41,881 nt of DNA from Octopus bimaculoides (lineage: Eukaryota): the NCBI RefSeq assembly GCF_001194135.2, contig NC_069002.1, positions 4,497,743 through 4,539,623 on the forward strand, in the 5' to 3' direction. How positions within the stretch are numbered: the first letter of the stretch is position 1; each line of letters begins with the position of its first letter. Positions 24,284 through 36,633 of the stretch are shown here, one piece after another. The position numbers were made by a program, and so were the translations under genes. The notes under the pieces are model-generated. The model was given only the letters and a program-made list of their open reading frames with translations, was not told the DNA's origin and searched no databases.

Positions 24284-24573
24284 ACAATCATGCACGCTCT
24301 AACACATTCACACTCTCTTTAAGTAGTTGTTCATATTTACGTACATACACACATGCACACATACATACGTACACACATACATTTTTAAGTGTGCACGTGC
24401 GTGCGAATGTATGTATATGAATGCACGTATGTCTATATGTATATATATGTAAACATATAACTATGTGTGTGTGAGTGTATACACACATATGCGAGGATGT
24501 ATATAAGTACTAATGCATGCATTCATGCATGTATGCACATATATGAATATTTATCCATCATCCTATCTATCTA

Positions 24574-24623
<50 letters not shown>

Positions 24624-24981
24624 CCTATCTATTTATCTATCTACCTATCTATCTATCTATCTATCCATCTATCTATCTATCTATCTATCTCTTTATCTAT
24701 CTATCTATCTATCCATCTATCTATCTATCCATCTATGCAAGTACGTATGTGTGTGTATATACACAGAATGACTTGTTCATTAATAAAACATCTGAAGAAC
24801 TCCCTCCGCCTAAAAACTTGAAGTAATAAAGCAAAGATGCTAACAAGAATAACACACACACATACACACATACACACATACACACACGCACACACACACA
24901 CAAACATACACAGGCATACACACACAGACGTACACGAAACGCACTCAAACACACATACATATATGTGTCTCGTATAGATGT

Positions 24982-25027
<46 letters not shown>

Positions 25028-25122
25028 TTCTGTGTTTCTTTGTGTGTGTAGTTATTCCATATATTCTTTTACACTTCCTGTTTTACACTTTTACTGGTTC
25101 CAGCTTGGTTTTACTGGTTCCA

Positions 25123-25150
25123 AGCGGTTCGGCAAAAGCGACCGATAGGA
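25123..25150 (+). mobile_element. SINE family B 3' part running into a gap
   Basis: agcggttcggcaaaagcgaccgatag matches the reverse complement of 21908-21933. Confidence 0.65.
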
Positions 25151-25919
25151 NNNNNNNNNNNNNNNNNNNNNNNNNNNNNNNNNNNNNNNNNNNNNNNNNN
25201 NNNNNNNNNNNNNNNNNNNNNNNNNNNNNNNNNNNNNNNNNNNNNNNNNNNNNNNNNNNNNNNNNNNNNNNNNNNNNNNNNNNNNNNNNNNNNNNNNNNN
25301 NNNNNNNNNNNNNNNNNNNNNNNNNNNNNNNNNNNNNNNNNNNNNNNNNNNNNNNNNNNNNNNNNNNNNNNNNNNNNNNNNNNNNNNNNNNNNNNNNNNN
25401 NNNNNNNNNNNNNNNNNNNNNNNNNNNNNNNNNNNNNNNNNNNNNNNNNNNNNNNNNNNNNNNNNNNNNNNNNNNNNNNNNNNNNNNNNNNNNNNNNNNN
25501 NNNNNNNNNNNNNNNNNNNNNNNNNNNNNNNNNNNNNNNNNNNNNNNNNNNNNNNNNNNNNNNNNNNNNNNNNNNNNNNNNNNNNNNNNNNNNNNNNNNN
25601 NNNNNNNNNNNNNNNNNNNNNNNNNNNNNNNNNNNNNNNNNNNNNNNNNNNNNNNNNNNNNNNNNNNNNNNNNNNNNNNNNNNNNNNNNNNNNNNNNNNN
25701 NNNNNNNNNNNNNNNNNNNNNNNNNNNNNNNNNNNNNNNNNTTGGTTTTGCTTCTACAAACAAAACTTTTGTTTCTGTTCAAGAGACAAAGCCTTATCAA
25801 TGGAATTCAGATGTTAAAAAACAGTAAAAGAGTTCTGTTGCTGAATTTCAGGAAAGTCTTGCATACTTTCGCTGTTTCGCTTACAGATTGATTTCGCAGA
25901 AAACGTACTGGATCGCTTC

Positions 25920-25954
<35 letters not shown>

Positions 25955-26221
25955 CACATACGGATTGGTATCACCATCATTATCATAGTAGAAAAGATTG
26001 TTATTATTATTATCATCATCATCATCATCATCATCATTGTTGCTGTTGTTGTTGTTGTTGTTGTTAACATAGCAGAAGGGATTTTCATGCCAAATTTTTG
26101 CAAAATCTTGCATATTTCCGCAGTTCCGCTTACAGACAGAATTTTCTGAATTCTTGTTAAATCGACTCTGCAATTCCTGAATATAAACTTTTACAGATGT
26201 ATCTGGATATGTTATCTACTT

Positions 26222-26425
26222 TTTTTCTTTTTCTTGCAGTCATAGGACTGTAGCCAAGCTGGGGCACCTCTGTGAAGAATTTTAGTCGAATAATTTGGCC
26301 GCAATATATTTTAAAGTATGCTACTTATACTATTGGGTCGGTTGACTTGTTGGTTTGTTTACGTCCCTTAGCGGTTTGGCATACCAAACTACTAAGTTAA
26401 GGGGACGTAAACAAATCAACAGCGG
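26222..26425 (-). mobile_element. SINE family B fragment containing a fold-back duplication
   Basis: 26222-26338 matches the SINE 3' part on the minus strand. 26348-26421 is an inverted duplication of the SINE middle. Confidence 0.7.
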
Positions 26426-27459
26426 ACTTCTTACGATGTGCAGACATATATTACACGTATACACATTTACCCATATACACACATACAACACACATCCACA
26501 CACACATATACACACATACAGCATATATCTACACGCACATATACACACATATAACACACACATCTACACATACACATATACATACATACAACACACACAT
26601 TTGCACACACTCATATAATACACACCTATACACATACAACACACACATCTACACATACACATATAATATATACACATCTACACACATACAACACACATAT
26701 ATACACACATCTACACACACACATATACACACATATCTCCACTTATATCCACAAAAACATACATGCAGATATATACATACATGGACACACATACACATCT
26801 ACATACATCCAAGACACACATATACACGTATACCTCCACTCATATCTACACAAACATCTACACACCTACACACACGTATCTACGCACACATACACATCTA
26901 CATATATGCACACATACATCCACACCTATACACACACAACCATGCGCATTTACATATAGACACACACACACACGCATGCCACACACCTCCAATTTCTTTG
27001 CCGGCACCCCAGTATACCAAACTCTTCACCCATCATCTCAGACAATATTCTTTAAAGATGTAATTTCAGGAAAGAACTCCACATCTTACATTTGATACGA
27101 TGTTTCAGAACTTTTGAAGTTTCTTCGTCTTCCATCCTACGAGATTCCTGGAAATGTTTCACCAAAATTCCCCTCAAACAGAAACTAATTTTAACCTTCT
27201 TTAAAACACGCTATTTATATAATTAGCGACTAAAACTTTGACTTAAACATTCTCTGACTAGTCTAAAAAATGTTTTTTATTCACATATGTAGATGGATAT
27301 ATACATATATGTATATACATACACCCATACATATATATACAAGTGTTTTCTGCTAGAGTCCTAGGCTAACCTCGTTAGAAGATCTGGTTGGCGGAAACTG
27401 AGAGAACTCGGTCGTATATATAAAGTCAATTCAAATGATAAAATTAACAGTTACAGGAC

Positions 27460-27600
27460 GTGCAGAAGGAATGTGTAAATTTGACGCTCGTTAAAAAGAG
27501 AGTTTTTGACGTTTCGAGCATAACTCTTCGTCGGAAAGGAGAAAGGGAAAAGTCCAAAGAAGGAAAAGAAATCGCCAACAGCACGTGTGTAGTTACAATA
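27460..27600 (-). mobile_element. Penelope-like element terminal-repeat relic (family HHR-1)
   Basis: Homologous to 13650-13715 and carries the hammerhead motif at 27503-27540. No RT or GIY-YIG ORF is visible. Confidence 0.55.
27503..27540 (-). ncRNA. Minimal type I hammerhead ribozyme motif
   Basis: Minus strand reads ttt-CCGACGA-a-gag-ttatg-ctc-GAAA-CG-UC-aaa. Stem III collapses to the palindrome ACGU. Predicted cleavage is after GUC (between 27508 and 27507). Confidence 0.7.
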
Positions 27601-27602
27601 TT

Positions 27603-27679
<77 letters not shown>

Positions 27680-27872
27680 GGGCGGGTGTTCGAGTTAAAT
27701 TTGACATTTTTGTGTCTCCCTTTTTAATGAACAGCTTGATATACTGATGAACAGTCGACGGAATTGGTGAGTATATAGATTGAAGTTGTAGTTGAGAAAC
27801 AGTTGGCTGGCATGGAGGGCTGTAAGACATTTGAATACCGATAGAGTAAGTAGCAGATTTGGAAAAACAGTA

Positions 27873-27955
27873 GAAGTGTCGAATTGTCTGACATTTCAAG
27901 GTAGTGCCCCAGCATGGCCGCAGATCAATGACCGAAACAAGTAAAAGATAAAGAA
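27873..27955 (+). mobile_element. SINE family B 3' end
   Basis: ggtagtgccccagcatggccgcag..aatgaccgaaacaagtaaaagata matches the family tail. Confidence 0.8.
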
Positions 27956-28500
27956 CAACTGCAACGTGCATATTTATTCCTTATTTATTGTTGTTTTTTT
28001 ACTACTACCTCCAACTCCTTTGCGGCCAGGTTGGAGCAATTCCCATTCAGCCAGGAGCCGTTTGCTCTTTCTCCGCAGGGTTGGCCTGCTCAAGCTTCTA
28101 CGCATTTCAAAACGCGGATAAGGTGATGTTAGGACCAACTCACAAAAAGCCGATAATTGGGTATTTAGGCCAGGTACCCTGTCAAAAACAACCACCTGCA
28201 ACTTTTATATAAGGCGGTGTAATTTGTCTCTGGTGAGCTTAACGTTAACAAAAAAGGGGCGAAGGATCAGGGGAGGACCAGAGTTAGGTATGTATCGTTA
28301 TCTCTGAGTTGAGCGTGCAGGCGTGTCAGGTACCGAGCAAGATACACACTTAGGTACAAGGGCACTGACTTTAAAATGGGTGACATCTGCACACACACAC
28401 ACACACACACACGCATATACATAATATACGAATAAATATATATGTGTGTGTGTTTGTGTGTGTGTGTATGTATGTGTATATGTATATATATGTATATATA

Positions 28501-28585
<85 letters not shown>

Positions 28586-28921
28586 GCGTAATATACCTAT
28601 ATGTATTTATATAGACATAGACACACACATATGCATGTATGCATATATGTATGTAGGTATGTGTGTGTGTGTGTGTTGTAATCATCTGAGGAGACACATC
28701 TAGACCGACGGGTACTCCTAAACCAATATTGTTCAGTACCCCACCTGTGAGGGATCGATACTGGATTGGTCAAAATATTTGTAGTGATCAATAAACATTC
28801 TCGCATCTTCCATCTTTCGTTTGTCTCATTAATCAAATACCCAACAAACACCGTAAAAGTGAACGTGCTTTACCGGTAAACTACCGGGTCTATACCATAC
28901 GATTTATTAACTAATAATAAT

Positions 28922-29010
<89 letters not shown>

Positions 29011-29431
29011 GATGTATATATGTGTGTATGTATATTTGTATGTATGTATAAATGTATGTGAGAGTAGCATGCAACAGTCAAGCTCAGTATTGACTTAACT
29101 TCGAATCCTCTACATACATGTGTGTGATTGTGTGCGTGTGTTTTGGGGGTATGTATGCATGTATGCGAGAGTATATGTGCGTATACGTGTGTGTGTGTGT
29201 TTAAGGATTGTAAATATGTATGCATGCATGTAGTTAGGTATGTTAGCAGATATAAACGCACGTTTCTCACGCAAACACACCTACCCTGCCGTGTGTATAT
29301 ACATCATACATGGTTGGATAATGAATCACACACACACACACACATGTCTGTTTGTAACTTTACATACACTCTTATGTACTTTTATACAAATTATACATCT
29401 ACACGTCCTTGTGTGAGAATGCATTTCCCTG

Positions 29432-29500
<69 letters not shown>

Positions 29501-30009
29501 GTATATATACATATATATATGAATATATACATATATATATGTATGTATATATATATATACATATGTATGCATGTGTGTGTGTGTTTATACATATTGTGGG
29601 TAAGCGTGTGCGCGATTATTTACGTGTACATTGCCGGGTAACAATATACCCGACTTTAATCTTACCAACTCTAGCAACGAGGGGTATTTAATCTACCCTG
29701 ACAATAAGGGGTTTTATCAGTTTTACCATCATTCATTCGGGAGACCTTTAGAACCTCGAAAATGTATCGTGTTTTGGTTTCCATAGCAACTTTTCGTAAC
29801 GTCTTCTTCACTTAGAAGTCTATTTCATTTCCAAAATATGTTTCGGCATTTTAGGCCAGTATATATACCGGCGTATATTATATGTGTTTATATACAATAT
29901 ATATATATATTTACACATATATATACATACACACATATATATTGTATATAGATATATATACATACATATACATATGTATGTACTTTGTTTATGTATTACA
30001 TCCCTGTCA

Positions 30010-30063
<54 letters not shown>

Positions 30064-30613
30064 CACATACACATCGTGGCTGTGTGGTAAGAAGTTTGCT
30101 TTTTGGTATATCTGGCTGTCGAAAATATTCAGAGGAAAGTTCCGTACAACTTAAATTTTTCACCTCCAGTATCGCAGTGCCAGCGGTGACTAAAAGCAAA
30201 ATAGCTAGATTGATAGATAGATGATAGATAGGTAGACAGATAGATAGATTGATGGTTAGTTAATCAATTAGACAGAAAATATATATGTGTGTATAACATA
30301 TTATCTGTGGCCGTATTAGTCGTAACCTTAACATACATTACATATGACTGTATTAGATAGTAGTCGTAACTCTAGTTATGACTAGGGCGTCTAGTCTTAA
30401 CTGTAAGTAGACTAGTTTTGAGTCTCAAGTTACTCAGCTGCTCGTCGTAAGATTCTGATAGATATTGTGTGTGAAGATACTTGTCAAAATAACATTCTTT
30501 CCTCCGTCACCTGCCGGATGCTGATATAATTGAGGTATGAACAGATTTAATGAACTGCAGTGATGGATGAAAGCCAACACACAGACAAGCAAGCAAATAG
30601 AAGAAAATGAATT

Positions 30614-30765
30614 GGCGCAAGTGGGGCTGTGTGGTTGAGAAGCTTGCTTCACAAACTTGTGGTCTTGGGCTCAGCCTCGCTGCGTGGCACTTTGGGCAAG
30701 TGACTTATAATTTGACCCCGAAATGAGCAAAGACTTGAGAGGGAAACTGGAAGAAGCCTTTTGTG
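30614..30765 (+). mobile_element. SINE family B 5' half, diverged
   Basis: ggcgcaagtggggctgtgtggttgagaagcttgc...gcgtggcactttgggcaagtg...ggaaactggaagaagcc. Confidence 0.75.
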
Positions 30766-30880
30766 TGTATATATGTGTGTGTGTGTTGGGTGGAGTGTAA
30801 GTATGTTTGTATGCAAACATATCCGTGTATGTCTTTGTGGTTGTGCTTTTGCTTATTGTTATTATTATTATTGTTATTGC

Positions 30881-30914
<34 letters not shown>

Positions 30915-31155
30915 TAGTTTTATTTTTATCACGTGCTTTCACTGCACTACCGAGCGCAGCTCTATGTGCATTGGGTCTGTGTTGTGGTTTGTTGTGATGC
31001 TCTTATGGTTACTGTATTGAAAGTGTTTTACGAAGGATGTGTGCGGTACCTAGTAATGCCATTTTCTGTGTGTTATATATACTTATAAGTCCTGGTGTTT
31101 TTTGTCATGTATTTCTCTGAATATTTCTTTATCATACCTAATGGTCCATTTGGTC

Positions 31156-31275
31156 CACCCTGAAATGATAAAAGGCAAAGTCGACCTGGGCGGAATCTGA
31201 ACTCGGAACTCAGAGATCCGGAAGAAATGTCGCTACGCATTTTGTTCGTCTTGCTAACGATGCTCTAACACTACC
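31156..31275 (-). mobile_element. SINE family A fragment
   Basis: aaaggcaaagtcgacctgggcggaatctgaactc...gctaacgat is the reverse complement of the family A head and core. Confidence 0.75.
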
Positions 31276-32491
31276 ATGAAAGCATTTTAGATTTAGAGAT
31301 CCGACTTAAGATGTTACGGCTCAATTCAAGGGGAGGGGGAGGTGATATTTTGGCTCCTATTTCTAGCAGGTCCAGCAACGCTATTGTTGTTATTTATTTA
31401 TTATTTCTGTTGTTTATAGTTTAATGTTTTATATTGATTTTGTTTATATCGTTGCTGCAACAGAAGCTGTAGGTGTTGTTGTTGTTGTTGTTGTTGTTGT
31501 TGTAGCTGTCGTCGTCGTCGTCGTTGTAATAGCAACGTAGGTACCTGGCAAATCCATCACGGGTACGCACATCCACCCCGGTTCCACCCTATTGTGATAT
31601 GTAAACAGCGAAAGTAATTGACTGGCATCTCCGCGTGCATGTATATATATCTGTATGTATGTATGTATGTATGTATGTATGTATGTGTGTGTGTGTGTGT
31701 ATGTATGTATGTGTGTGTATGCATGAATTATGTAATGAGCATGTTTGCGTATGTGTATGACAGTGCGTGTGCGTGCGCGTATGTTTATATATGCGTGCGT
31801 ACTTATGTATATGTTTGCGTATATATATATATACATGTGTGTGTGTCTGTGTGTGCGTGTGTGTGTGAGCGTGTGTTTATATGTGTCAGTGTGTGTATCC
31901 ATGTGTGTACCCACGCCAGTTTCATTTAAATACCTATTATATTCTGTTATCTAGGGGCCACGCCAAGATACCCGTAATTCGATCATCACCACCACCACCA
32001 CCACCACCACCACCACTACCTTCATCGTCTGGAGCCATCGTTCAATCTTCTACTCACACTACCACCACTACTATCACTATTGCCACCACCATTACCAACA
32101 CCATCACTTAATTCTCCATTTCCAACACCACTACCACCACCAATACTATCATCTAACTCTCTACTCCCACCATCACCACCACCACCACCACTCTCTCCAG
32201 CACTACCACCAAACTCTTCTCTCCTACCACTATCAGCATCCACCACCACCACCACCACCACATCCACTGTCACAAAAGCCTATCTACAATATCTTCGCAC
32301 TAACTCAGTGTTTTCTCTCAAAGAAGGTGGGGCGGAGAAATTGTCATGTTTGATAAAAACTAAAATGGTTTTTAAACTTTATAAATTGGCCCAACAGCAT
32401 GGCGAAAGGTACAAACCATTATTTTCTTTTTCTCGTGAATACTGATGGATGGGCAAAATATTTCATTAATATAGGTTTATTATTATTATTA

Positions 32492-32541
<50 letters not shown>

Positions 32542-32542
32542 G

Positions 32543-33587
32543 CTTGCTGATGAATGTGCTTTGATTTCTCACAAATTTGAGGGAATTCAGGAAACGGTCG
32601 GCAGGTTTCCTACGGCTGCTCGTGCATTGGACAGACTATAAGCACCAAAATGACCAAGGCCCGGGACAAGACATACTCAAGACTCAGACTTGTTGATAGA
32701 CAACAAGCCATTCAGATGGCTCGGGTCATTTAAATATCTTGGAAGTACAGTAAACTTAAAAAGTACTCTTGATGAAGGAATTAATGTAAGAACAGCTAAG
32801 GCCACAAGAGCTTTTGGAAGCCTTTCCCATCGTTTGTGGAATGAACACAATATCAGTTTGAAAACTAAAATAAGTGTATACAAATCATGTATACACTTGT
32901 ATACACTTTTGTATGGGGCAGAAGCATGGACTCCCTACTGCAGACATATAAAGAAACCTGAAACTTTCCACACGTGCTTCTTTGCGCAATATTTGCAACA
33001 TAAAATGGCAAGATAAGATATCTAATGCCAAAACCTTCGAAAAATGTAATATCTCCAGTATCCAAAGAATGCCGATAAGAATTCGGTGCAGATGGGTAGA
33101 ACATGTTTGAATGGAAAATGACCGCGTTGCGAAAATTCTTCTGTGTGGCCAACAAGAGGAAGAATATTGCGCAAAGGAAGACCTTTCCTTAGGTATGAGG
33201 GTAAGCTGAAGCAGTGATCAAAATCTCTAAAGCTTAACCGGACATCTTGGGAAAGTCATTGCCTAGATCGATCTGCATGGTGTAAGATGTGACATGATGC
33301 ATCCAAACAATTTGAGTTGCAGAAAAAGAACAACAGAAGAACTATATCCCGCAACCAAAAGACACACTTGCCCAATTCCAGGCAAAATCAAAATCATCAG
33401 TGTCCCCCATTGCGACTTCATAGCAAAATCCATTCCTGGACCGAAACTACACTCACGCATCCATCGCGAATAGATCCAGCTTATCAGTGTTTTTCTTTCT
33501 TTCTATTACTCTCTTTAACTTTAAGTCCTCTCCTTCAAATACACAAATGTCGAAACCGACGGCAGAGACCATCATCATCATCATCAT
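32543..33587 (+). mobile_element. RTE/BovB-type LINE, 5'-truncated and decayed (RT C-terminal part, thumb, C2H2 finger, 3' UTR, (CAT)n tail)
   Basis: Frames read LADECAL (YADD equivalent)...FKYLGSTV..KSTLDEGINVRTAKATRAFGSLSHRLWNEHNISLKTKISVYKS...TLLYGAEAWT...NIKWQDKISN...RW..H...R..K.LL...GRPFLRY...W...DRSAW...CP/HCDFIAKSIPGPKLHSRIH*. The stop is at 33471-33473 and the tail is (CAT)n. Confidence 0.92.
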
Positions 33588-33590
33588 TAA

Positions 33591-33772
33591 GGTGGCGAGC
33601 TGGAAGAATCGTTAGCACGCCGGCCAAAATGCTTTGCGGTATTTCGTTCATCTTTACCTTCTCAGTTCAAATTCCGCCGAGGTCGGCTTTGCTTTTCATC
33701 TCTTCGGGGTCGATAAATTAAGTACACCAGAGTCAATATAATCGACTAGTCCCCTCCCTCAAAATTTCAGCA
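33591..33772 (+). mobile_element. SINE family A, near full length
   Basis: ggtggcgagctggaagaatcgttagcacgcc...gttcaaattccgccgaggtcggctttgc...aaattaagtac...aatcgactagtcccctccc. Confidence 0.9.
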
Positions 33773-33780
33773 CACCATAC

Positions 33781-33905
33781 AAAATGTTTAGTACCATTTC
33801 TTTCGGCTTTACGCTAAAATTCCGCCGAGGTACTTTGCTTTTCATCCTTTCGGAACTGACAAAATAAGTACCAGTTGAATAATGAGGTCGATATAATCGA
33901 CTCCT
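33781..33905 (+). mobile_element. Second, tandem SINE family A fragment
   Basis: aaaatgtttag...aaattccgccgaggtactttgc.tttcatcctttcgg...aaataagtaccagttgaa...gtcgatataatcgact, directly after the previous copy. Confidence 0.75.
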
Positions 33906-33959
33906 TCACTTTAGAAGCGTATCTTATCCCGCATAACGCCATCATCAAATATTGCAGTT

Positions 33960-34260
33960 AACATCCTCAACAACACTATCACCACCACTGCCATCACCAC
34001 CACCAATCACTACCATTCCTACCATTACCACCACAACCACTACCTCCACAACTACAACTAACACTAACACTTCCACCACTACCACCACAACAACCACCAT
34101 CACCACCATCACCACTACGATCACCACAGTCAATACCACCACCACGGCCACCACCACCACTACAACCACCACCACCACCACCACAACCACCACTACCATC
34201 ACTACCACCACCACCACCACGACCATCACCATCACCACCGCCACCACCAACACGACATCG
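33960..34260. repeat. Degenerate (ACC/ACT)n low-complexity tract; similar tracts at 11190-11470 and 31985-32270
   Basis: Read directly. These tracts produce the Thr/Val/Pro-rich pseudo-ORFs in the track. Confidence 0.9.
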
Positions 34261-34999
34261 TACTCACGTCTCCTCATTCTGAAGATACATCNNNNNNNNN
34301 NNNNNNNNNNNNNNNNNNNNNNNNNNNNNNNNNNNNNNNNNNNNNNNNNNNNNNNNNNNNNNNNNNNNNNNNNNNNNNNNNNNNNNNNNNNNNNNNNNNN
34401 NNNNNNNNNNNNNNNNNNNNNNNNNNNNNNNNNNNNNNNNNNNNNNNNNNNNNNNNNNNNNNNNNNNNNNNNNNNNNNNNNNNNNNNNNNNNNNNNNNNN
34501 NNNNNNNNNNNNNNNNNNNNNNNNNNNNNNNNNNNNNNNNNNNNNNNNNNNNNNNNNNNNNNNNNNNNNNNNNNNNNNNNNNNNNNNNNNNNNNNNNNNN
34601 NNNNNNNNNNNNNNNNNNNNNNNNNNNNNNNNNNNNNNNNNNNNNNNNNNNNNNNNNNNNNNNNNNNNNNNNNNNNNNNNNNNNNNNNNNNNNNNNNNNN
34701 NNNNNNNNNNNNNNNNNNNNNNNNNNNNNNNNNNNNNNNNNNNNNNNNNNNNNNNNNNNNNNNNNNNNNNNNNNNNNNNNATATATATATATATATACAA
34801 ACATTTTTATGTATGTGTGTATACAAACATTTTAGGAACATGTGTGCGTAATATAACTATGTTGTATGTGTACGTATGTACACATGTATAAATCAATGTA
34901 TGTATGTATGTATATGTATGTATGTGTACCTGTGTGTATACATGTATGTGTGTGTATTATGTATGTATATATGTATGTGTGCCTGTGTGTATACATGTA

Positions 35000-35037
<38 letters not shown>

Positions 35038-35579
35038 GATATAGATATATATATATATGTATGTATATGTATGTATGTGTGTGTGTGTGTATATATGTAT
35101 GTGTGTATATGTACAGCACGGTATTTGCTCGTTTTCCTACCTACCATGTCGTATCACTAAGTTCAGTTCAGTGATATCCGATCCACCGTATCAAAGATAT
35201 ATGTGTGTCTTTCTTGATAGGGGAGCGTAAGGGAGTTGCAAGTCTATCCGCACACATACATACACACACACACACACACACACGCACACGTATACATACA
35301 TATATATGTATATATATATATGCATATGTATATATGTAGATATATGCATACGCATATATTTATGCATATATATACATATATTTGCATGTATATATGCGAG
35401 TGTGTGTGTATAAGTGAGTGTCTTAAGAGATAGTCGAAACTAAACCATTTATTTTAGATTATCTTAATATCTGTAACTTAAGGCAATCCTATGCTTATGT
35501 ATATATGAATCTATGTATGTATGTATGTATGTATGTATGTATATATGTATGTATGTATGTATGCGTGTATATATATGCA

Positions 35580-35619
<40 letters not shown>

Positions 35620-35725
35620 NNNNNNNNNNNNNNNNNNNNNNNNNNNNNNNNNNNNNNNNNNNNNNNNNNNNNNNNNNNNNNNNNNNNNNNGAGAGAGAGA
35701 GAGAGAGAGAGAGAGAGATATATAT

Positions 35726-35767
<42 letters not shown>

Positions 35768-35794
35768 GACACATATATATATATTTTCACATAC

Positions 35795-35829
<35 letters not shown>

Positions 35830-36280
35830 AGCATATGTATATATTAATGTATGTACGTAAGTACGTGTGTGTGTGTGTGTAAGCATTCATTAAAATCAGT
35901 CTAACATCCAAATGCATTCATACGTACATATTACATGAATACACACACACACTAAACACAGGGGTTTGTTGGGGGAGGCGGTGGATGGAATATATAAAAG
36001 ATATTAAGTATCCCAAACGGGTATGTTCTTTAAATGGGTGTGTTATCCCACACCGATATATCTATATGTATGTATGTATGTATGTATGTAAATATAAACA
36101 TTCGCATGCTCCTTCAATCTCAGGCATATGTGCACTCCTTCATGCAGAACCGTGTAAGCAATGTAGAATTGTGCGTATATATTGAAGCATATTGCTCTCC
36201 TCGACTCTCTCTCTCTCTCTCCCTCTACACACACGCACATATATATATATATGTGTGTGTGTGTATATGTATATAATACT

Positions 36281-36375
36281 CGGATTGATCCGTTCGACTA
36301 AAAGCTCTTGAACGTAGTGCTCCAGCATTGCCGCAGTCTAATGATTGAAACAAATGAAAGAAAAGATAATGAAAT
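36281..36375 (+). mobile_element. SINE family B 3' end
   Basis: ttcgactaaaa...gtagtgctccagcattgccgcagtctaatgattgaaacaaatgaaag. Confidence 0.75.
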
Positions 36376-36380
36376 ATAAA

Positions 36381-36633
36381 GCGCAGGAATGGCTGTGTGG
36401 TAAGTAGCTTGCTTACCAACCACATGGTTCTGGGTTCAATCCCACTGCGTAGCACCTTGGGCAAGTGTCTTCTAATATAGCCTTGTGAGTGGATTTGGTA
36501 GATGGAAACTGAAAGAAGCCCGTCGTATATATGTATATATATATAAGTCCAGGGGTCGATTTGCTCGACTAAAGGCGGTGCTCCAGCATGGCCGCAGTCA
36601 AATGACTGAAACAAGTAAAAGAGTAAAAGAGTA
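36381..36633 (+). mobile_element. SINE family B, young-looking copy with two internal deletions
   Basis: Head and tail are intact (…gaaacaagtaaaagagtaaaagag). About 17 bp after aatatagcc and most of the middle (between the TA linker and aagtccagggg) are missing relative to 21791-22204. Confidence 0.88.

Noticed and set aside
26990-27220. Complex stretch with short minus-strand frames (LVKHFQESRRMEDEETSKVLKHRIKC)
   Set aside because: Frequent stops, no recognisable family and no convincing splice sites.
27744-27800. ctgatga…gaaac on the plus strand
   Set aside because: No stem II pairing between the motifs and no stem I or III.
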